From Candidatus Methylomirabilia bacterium (GTDB lineage Bacteria > Methylomirabilota > Methylomirabilia > Rokubacteriales > CSP1-6), in NCBI GenBank assembly GCA_041492755.1, contig JBGPXN010000146.1, positions 1-11,742 of the forward strand: DNA of 11,742 nt, in the 5' to 3' direction. Below, one piece after another: positions 7,301-11,742 of this stretch. The translations under genes were made by a program, and so were the position numbers. The stretch's first letter is position 1, and every line of letters begins with the position of its first letter. The notes below the pieces were generated by a model. It saw only the letters and a list, made by a program, of their open reading frames with translations. It did no database searches and was not told the origin of the DNA.

Positions 7301-7578
7301 CCCAGCGAGCTGACCTGGCCTCGGGCGATCGCGGGCGCGCCCGGGCTCGCGGCCGCCGTCGCGCGCCCCTGGAGCCGACGGTTGAGGGCGGAGAACGCGT
7401 CACGCAACGCGCCCCCGAGGCTGCTCAACGCGCCATGCGCTTCCGCCACGGTGGGCACGGGCGTCGTCAGGATCGCCGACGGCTGACTTCGCTGGGCGCG
7501 CATTCGCCCGAGGGCCGGGACGTTCATCAGCCAGCCGGTCGCCCCGGTCGTGGCGGATACGCGGCTGCCGAGATCCAT
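4309..7578 (-). CDS. Large Ala/Thr/Ser/Gly-rich repeat protein related to flagellar cap FliD / flagellin hook IN-motif proteins
   Basis: Long ORF (in-frame starts at 7674, 7578 and slightly downstream; 7578 chosen, uncertain). Six copies of GSFxxNG...DTLxxxxxRIN...GVxAxxD...DTSGFL. FliD C-like segment LLVDANALTRALASDPTTLDDFL. No obvious Sec/Tat signal peptide. Confidence 0.8.
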   Translation of the reverse strand: MDLGSRVSATTGATGWLMNVPALGRMRAQRSQPSAILTTPVPTVAEAHGALSSLGGALRDAFSALNRRLQGRATAAASPGAPAIARGQVSSLGTAWTLRATREVNEQTSTVRASSQALGLDTTSAAAPSRLSSTGAIGLDVTSAEQASVLQSSATLGLDVASAETASTITSTAEANTMATSYGVVQATFRKGAATQGSLGNLSGTYAGTGAAANATSLTLEITSLNGTIGSVPTLVSVKATDQTGTNLGTYSGFLTTGQTLSLGADIGLSIAFTAGSILNQATTTFAVSRTTPTTVDATGAFNDADVNLRPRFDDNRPVTAGSFTVNGTSVSVAANDSIDSVLARIDSTVSGVTASFSGDKVTIQSVNPSEDDIVLGGDTSGFLTALNLTTATTVKGNVRDDRQVLSKTAQFGTLTAGAFTLNGVSISVDPVADSLQTLITRINSSNAGVSASYDTVSDRLRLTSSASSEDDVVVGGDTSGFLTAAKLATGNTVRGNIHDDVQALTGVSRFSGVTAGSFTINGVAVALDPAADTLQALVTRINAAGAGVTATYDSATDTLKLETTSSSEDDIVAANDTTGFLSAVKLAAATTVQGNIADDQQVLTKTARFAGVANGSFSVNGRVIAVTAGTDTLQSVVARINDAGAGVSASYDAAQSKVVFTPATAGATLVVDQDTSGFLAAAAVSQGATGTRVNPDGAFNQTNASSPLLDPGQNVTAGSFKVNGVTIAVAASDTLSAVLARITAAAAGVTATFDAPTETVRLTAKAAGSAPIAVGDDTSGFLAAVKLDGTATSTAGTSTLDSPLASHAAFAGVTGGALTINGVSITIDPGADTLSGIVTAINAVSGVAATLDANSGRVTLQSERTGGELQISDGTGLLAALGVTNGRVQGKAPAIPSRTWRQALDESAVAATGVADVVGSVNAALDTLDRAANGSPRIRDAVLNALGNAVATLPGGSASGLSLSQTGSAARLLVDANALTRALASDPTTLDDFLSATHGLPAVVDAARDAYDRAVAQPATVTTEPTRGVPDVRQTEATKLVASLGMQSRRLQAVHMLQLLSGSIADDARATTRSADRPQSSLGLDLLA
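4927..6693 (-). repeat. Six intragenic ~96-103-codon domain repeats
   Basis: Conserved NG dipeptides at 6595, 6307, 6010, 5713, 5404 and 5110 (spacings 288, 297, 297, 309, 294 nt), all in one frame. Confidence 0.9.
7072..7242 (-). repeat. Three intragenic 19-aa (57 nt) tandem repeats
   Basis: ASSQALGLDTTSAAAPSRL / SSTGAIGLDVTSAEQASVL / QSSATLGLDVASAETASTI. GLD codons at 7216, 7159 and 7102. Confidence 0.88.
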
Positions 7579-7804
7579 GCGCGTCAGAGTCAGCACTATT
7601 CGTACCAGTCCACGGAGCCCGAAAAGTCTTCGAATCGGTCGACGTTGCGCCGGCCGGACGGGCATTGCCGCCACGGCCGGGGTGCCAGTTCCATGGCGCC
7701 AGCGCCCGAGCGCGCCGGTGAGGGCGGGGAGCGGGGCTCGGGGGCCCCGACGTGCCGCGAGGACGAAGTCGCGCCGGGGGCTTCCCGCCCTCGGCCCCGT
7801 GAGT

Positions 7805-7810
7805 TACCAT
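7805..7810 (+). promoter_or_regulatory. Putative -10 box (TACCAT) for a near-leaderless molybdoenzyme transcript
   Basis: gagtTACCATccgcgagccATG: a TANNNT box 9 nt before ATG 7820, with no Shine-Dalgarno. Confidence 0.4.
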
Positions 7811-7819
7811 CCGCGAGCC

Positions 7820-10198
7820 ATGGGCGCGCGATTGTTCGGGGCGGCGGTGCGCCGTCGGGAAGACGAGCGGCTGGTGACGGGGCGTGGCCGGTACGTGGCG
7901 GACGTCGCGCTGCCGGGGGCGCTGCACGTGGCGGTGCATCGTAGCCCGCACGCGCACGCGCGCATCGTTCGAGTCGACGCGACCGACGCGCGCCGCCGGC
8001 CCGGGATCGTCCACGTCCTCGTCCCGTCCGACGTGGCGGCGCTCGGGCGGCTGCCGCTGATCGTTCCGCACAAGAGCCTGGTCTCGCCGGTGAGTCCCGA
8101 GGTCCTGCCCCAGGAGATCGTCTCGTACGCCGGACAGCCCGTGGCCGTCGTCGTCGCGCTCAGCGCCGCCGAAGCGGAGGACGCCCTCGATGCCCTCCAC
8201 GTCGAGTACGCGCCGCTCCCGGCGGTGGCCTCGCTCGACGACGCGCTTCGCGCCGACGGCCCCCGCGTCCATCCCGGCGGCAACGTGGCCTCCCGGTTCA
8301 CCCAGCGCGTGGGCGACGCCGCGGGCGCGCTCGCCGGGGCCGACGTGGTGCTGCGCGAGCGCTTTTCGCTGCACCGCGGGGCCGGCATGGCGATGGAGAC
8401 ACGCGCGATCGTCGCCCGCTGGGACGCCGACCTCGGCCAGGTCACGGCGTGGTCGACGACGCAGGCGCCGCAGATCCTGCGCCGGCTCCTGGCGCGGTAC
8501 CTCGGACTGCCGGAGCACGCCGTGCGCGTGGTGACCCAGGACATCGGCGGCGGCTTCGGTCCGAAGGCGATCGTGTACGCCGAGGACATCCTCGTCCCGC
8601 TGCTCGCGCGCACGCTCGGGCGCCCGGTGCGGTTCGTCGAGACGCGGCGTGAGCATCTTCTCGCCGTCACCCAGGAGCGCGATCAGTGGCACGAGGTCGA
8701 GCTCGGGCTCACGCGTGAGGGCCGCATCGTGGCGCTGCGCGACGCCTTCGTCCACGACTGCGGGGCGTTCGTGTCGTGGGGCATCATCGTGCCGCTCATC
8801 ACCTCGGTCAGCGTGCCGGGACCGTATCGTGTGCCGAACTACGAGGTCACGCTCACGGCCGTCTACACCAATCGCGTGCCCGTCACCCCGGTGCGCGGCG
8901 CGGGGCGGCCGCAGGCCGTCTTCGTCATGGAGCGGATGCTCGACCTGGCCGCCGAGCGTCTCGGCATGGACCGCGTCGACATCCGCGCGCGCAACCTGAT
9001 CCAGCCGGAGGAGTTTCCGTACGACGTCGGCCTCATCTCACGGGACAACAGCCCTCGACGGTACGACAGCGGCAACTATCCCGAGTGCCTGCGCCGGGCC
9101 GCGGCCGCGATCGACTGGGACGGGTTTGCCAGGGAGCGCGAGCGGGCGCGTGAGCAGGGCCGCGCCATCGGCATCGGCATCGCGCTCTTCGTGGAAGACA
9201 CGGGGCTCGGGCCGTACGAGGGCATCCGGGTCCGCGTCGATCCGCTCGGGCACGTGTTCGTGTTCTCCGGCACGTCGAGCCAGGGCCAGTCGCACGAGAC
9301 CACGCTCGCGCAGGTCGTCGCCGACGGGCTTTCGGTCCCGCTCGAGCAGGTGACGGTTGTCCCGGGGGACACGGCCGGGCTGCCGTACGGCGTCGGCACC
9401 TTCGCCAGTCGCGTGGCGGTGCTGGCCAGCACGTCGGCGGTCCACGCCGCCAGCGAGGTGCGCAAGAAGGCGCTCACGATCGCCGCCGATCATCTGGAGG
9501 TCGCGTCCGACGACCTGATACTGGAAGACGGCCGGATCGCCGTGCGCGGCGCGCCGGGGCGCGGGCTGACGCTCGGGGAGGTCGCGGCGATCGCGACGGC
9601 GCCGCGGCCCGGCTACGCGCTGCCGGGCGGCATGGATCCCGGGCTCGAAGCCTCGGGATACGTCCACGTGATGCAATCGACCTACTCCAGCGGCGCTCAC
9701 GCGGCGATCGTCGAGGTTGACGCCGACACCGGCACCGTTCGGATCGTGAGGTACGTCGCCATCGACGACTGCGGCACCATGATCAATCCGATGATCGTCG
9801 AGGGCCAGGTCCACGGCGGCGTCGCCCACGGCATCGGCAATGCGTTGCTGGAGGAGATCGTCTACGACGCGACCGGCCAGCTCGTGACCGGCACGCTCAT
9901 GGATTACGCGCTGCCGCGCGCCTCGGACGTCCCACGGCTCGAGGTCGGGCACGTGGTGACGCCCTCGCCGCTGAACCCGCTCGGGGTCAAGGGGGCGGGC
10001 GAAGGGGGGACGCTGCCGGCGCCGGCCGCCATCGCCAACGCCGTGGCTGACGCGCTGCGCGGGCTCGGGGTCGAGGTGACCGAGATGCCGCTCACGCGGG
10101 AGCGTCTCTGGCGCCGTGTGGAAGCGGCCCGCACGAGGTATGATCTCGGTGGCGGGACAGCGGGGCGGGCGCCCCGGGCGCCAGGAGGGTCATCATGA
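7820..10198 (+). CDS. Xanthine dehydrogenase family molybdopterin-binding subunit (CoxL/CutL-like, non-form-I)
   Basis: From ATG 7820 (792 aa): FGAAVRRREDERLVTGRGRYVADV, RSPHAHARI, AMETR, WSTTQ, DIGGGFGPK, PVRGAGRP, SQGQSHET, GTFASR, INPMIVEGQVHGGVAHGIG, GVKGAGEGG. The ORF track's first 90 aa overlap the divergent gene and look spurious. Confidence 0.95.
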   Translation: MGARLFGAAVRRREDERLVTGRGRYVADVALPGALHVAVHRSPHAHARIVRVDATDARRRPGIVHVLVPSDVAALGRLPLIVPHKSLVSPVSPEVLPQEIVSYAGQPVAVVVALSAAEAEDALDALHVEYAPLPAVASLDDALRADGPRVHPGGNVASRFTQRVGDAAGALAGADVVLRERFSLHRGAGMAMETRAIVARWDADLGQVTAWSTTQAPQILRRLLARYLGLPEHAVRVVTQDIGGGFGPKAIVYAEDILVPLLARTLGRPVRFVETRREHLLAVTQERDQWHEVELGLTREGRIVALRDAFVHDCGAFVSWGIIVPLITSVSVPGPYRVPNYEVTLTAVYTNRVPVTPVRGAGRPQAVFVMERMLDLAAERLGMDRVDIRARNLIQPEEFPYDVGLISRDNSPRRYDSGNYPECLRRAAAAIDWDGFARERERAREQGRAIGIGIALFVEDTGLGPYEGIRVRVDPLGHVFVFSGTSSQGQSHETTLAQVVADGLSVPLEQVTVVPGDTAGLPYGVGTFASRVAVLASTSAVHAASEVRKKALTIAADHLEVASDDLILEDGRIAVRGAPGRGLTLGEVAAIATAPRPGYALPGGMDPGLEASGYVHVMQSTYSSGAHAAIVEVDADTGTVRIVRYVAIDDCGTMINPMIVEGQVHGGVAHGIGNALLEEIVYDATGQLVTGTLMDYALPRASDVPRLEVGHVVTPSPLNPLGVKGAGEGGTLPAPAAIANAVADALRGLGVEVTEMPLTRERLWRRVEAARTRYDLGGGTAGRAPRAPGGSS

Positions 10199-10674
10199 TT
10201 CAGGCACGTAGGCTCGGGCATGTGGTGTTGAAGGTCCGTGACGCGGCCAAGTCGAGAGACTTCTACACGCGGACGCTCGGACTCAAGGTGGCCCACGAAG
10301 ACCTGCAGCGTGGCTCGGTCTTCCTGAGCTTCGGCCGCGAGCATCACGACCTCGCGCTGTTTCAGCTGGCGTCCGGTGAGATCCCGGATGCCGCCCAGCC
10401 GGGCATGCACCACATGGCCTGGCAGCTCGGCAGCTACGAGGAGCTCCAGGCCGCCTATCGAGAGCTGAAGGCGCAGGGGTTCGCGATCGAGTCCACCGTC
10501 GAGCACAACGTGACCCGCAGCGTCTACTTCCCCGATCCCGACGGCAATCGCGTCGAGCTGTACTGCGACATGGTCGAGAACGGCTTCGAGACCATGAAGA
10601 CGGTCGGTCCGCGTCGCGATCCGCTCGACATCGAGGCAGAGTCGGTCGAGCCCCAGGCCGCGGTCGGACGGTGA
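10195..10674 (+). CDS. VOC/glyoxalase family protein (extradiol dioxygenase-related, single module)
   Basis: LGHVVLKVRD...SRDFYTRTLGL...HHDLAL...GMHHMAW...SVYFPDPDGNRVELY, with His/His/Glu metal ligands. AGGAGG RBS upstream. ATGA overlap with the preceding stop. Confidence 0.92.
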   Translation: MIQARRLGHVVLKVRDAAKSRDFYTRTLGLKVAHEDLQRGSVFLSFGREHHDLALFQLASGEIPDAAQPGMHHMAWQLGSYEELQAAYRELKAQGFAIESTVEHNVTRSVYFPDPDGNRVELYCDMVENGFETMKTVGPRRDPLDIEAESVEPQAAVGR

Positions 10675-10761
10675 TCGCCCGGTCCTGATCCGGCGCGGGC
10701 GGCGTTGGCCGCCCGTGCGCTCGGGTCACCGACCCGACCACCCCCGGTCTGACGTCTCGCC

Positions 10762-11364
10762 ATGGCGGCGCGGAACGCTCCGGTAGTCGCCGCGGTCGGC
10801 GCCTGGTTCGTGCTCGCCCTGCTTGTGGGTGCGTCGGGCCGCCTGCTGGTGCTGCGACCGCCCGCGCCGCAACTCATCCTGCTCGGGCTGACGGCGGCGC
10901 TGCTCGTGGCGGGCAGGTGCATCCCCGGGCTCCGCGCGTGGGTGCTCACGGTCGATCTGCGCATCCTGGTCGGGCTGCACGTCTCCCGCTTCCTGGCCGG
11001 CGCCTACTTCCTCGTGCTGTACCGCCGCGGTGAGCTTCCCTACGCCTTCGCCGTGCCCGGGGGCCTGGGGGACATGCTGGTGGCGATCCTGGCGGTCGGG
11101 CTGCTGCTCAGCGGTGCTCCGTCGTCCGCCGGGCGGCGCCGCGCGTTCGCCGTGTGGAACGGCCTGGGGCTCCTCGACATCCTCTTCGTCGTGGCCACCG
11201 CGGCCCGCGTCTGGATCGCCGACCCCGAGTCGATGCGCGCCCTGCTGATCCTGCCGCTGAGCGTGCTCCCGACGTTCCTGGTGCCGCTGATCATCGCCAC
11301 CCACGTGGCGATCGCCGCCCGCCTCTGGCGCACGCCCGCGATGGCCGGAGCCCGCGGCGCTTAG
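10762..11364 (+). CDS. Hypothetical integral membrane protein (200 aa, about 6 TM)
   Basis: Hydrophobic helices with conserved-looking polar motifs LHVSRF, GGLGDML, WNGLGLLD and LPLSVLPTFLVP...H. GC3-biased codons. Confidence 0.8.
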   Translation: MAARNAPVVAAVGAWFVLALLVGASGRLLVLRPPAPQLILLGLTAALLVAGRCIPGLRAWVLTVDLRILVGLHVSRFLAGAYFLVLYRRGELPYAFAVPGGLGDMLVAILAVGLLLSGAPSSAGRRRAFAVWNGLGLLDILFVVATAARVWIADPESMRALLILPLSVLPTFLVPLIIATHVAIAARLWRTPAMAGARGA

Positions 11365-11371
11365 CGCGGGC

Positions 11372-11742
11372 TTACAACCGCGCGGTAAGGCGGGCGGCCA
11401 GCTCCGGTCCGCTGCCCGAGTCCTCGTGCTTGAAGAAGACGAACGCGTCACGCCAGCCGGCGCCCACGGTGCGGATGGTCTCCACCCAGCGCGCGAGGTC
11501 GGCGTCGGAGTAGTCCACCGCGCGCAAGCGGAAATAGCCGAAGTCGGCCGTCGCGAGGGCCGGCGTCGTTCCCGCCTCGGTGTCGGCAATGCACAGCGCG
11601 GCGTTGCGGGCGCGCAGCCGCTCGTAGACGTCGTCCGCGAACCAGCTCTCGTGCCGGAACTCCCAGGCCGAGCGCAGGTCGGGCGGGATCTGCACGAGCA
11701 CGTCGGCCAGGCGCCCGGTGTCCTTCTTGAAGTTCGGGGGGA
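11372..11742 (-). CDS. DUF72 (YecE-like) domain protein; 5' part lies outside the window
   Basis: The frame is open to the window edge: PPNFKKDTGRLADVL...AWEFRHESWF...ALCIAD...TADFGYFRLR...Y...L..W...AFVFFKHE. These are characteristic DUF72 motifs. Confidence 0.9.
   Translation of the reverse strand, partial: PPNFKKDTGRLADVLVQIPPDLRSAWEFRHESWFADDVYERLRARNAALCIADTEAGTTPALATADFGYFRLRAVDYSDADLARWVETIRTVGAGWRDAFVFFKHEDSGSGPELAARLTARL

Noticed and set aside
7732..7798. Short GC hairpins in the divergent intergenic region (e.g. cggggc...gccccg, 7732-7749)
   Set aside because: Six-bp GC stems are expected by chance here, and I could not recognise a riboswitch (e.g. Moco) or tRNA fold.
7400..9952. 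Long minus-strand ORFs 7400..8755, 7804..8670 and 9038..9952
   Set aside because: Antisense to the well-conserved molybdoenzyme gene, with no recognisable motifs.
7820..10198. Aerobic CO dehydrogenase (form I coxL)
   Set aside because: Lacks the Cu-binding AYxCSFR motif and has no coxMS/coxDEFG context.

Overview
Very GC-rich, gene-dense bacterial chromosomal window. The G-run palindromic intergenic repeats resemble those of Candidatus Rokubacteria/Methylomirabilota-like soil bacteria (inference only). Left to right: a 3'-truncated tandem-SIS sugar-phosphate isomerase/deaminase (-), a 130-aa hypothetical (-), a two-copy hairpin-rich intergenic repeat, an MFS transporter (-), a small membrane-protein gene (+) interrupted by an in-frame TGA, NHEJ Ku (-), a ~1090-aa orphan FliD/flagellin-IN-like repeat protein (-), a CoxL/xanthine-dehydrogenase-family molybdopterin subunit (+) overlapping a VOC-family gene (+), a 200-aa membrane protein (+) and a 5'-truncated DUF72 gene (-). 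The two best leads are (1) the 2924-3280 gene, a candidate membrane selenoprotein with TGA at codon 66 followed by a SECIS-like hairpin, which the ORF track cuts short, and (2) the giant FliD-like protein, whose N-side 19-aa repeats and C-side ~99-aa repeats form a mirror-image A-B-B-B-A pattern suggesting co-expanded discontinuous domains.
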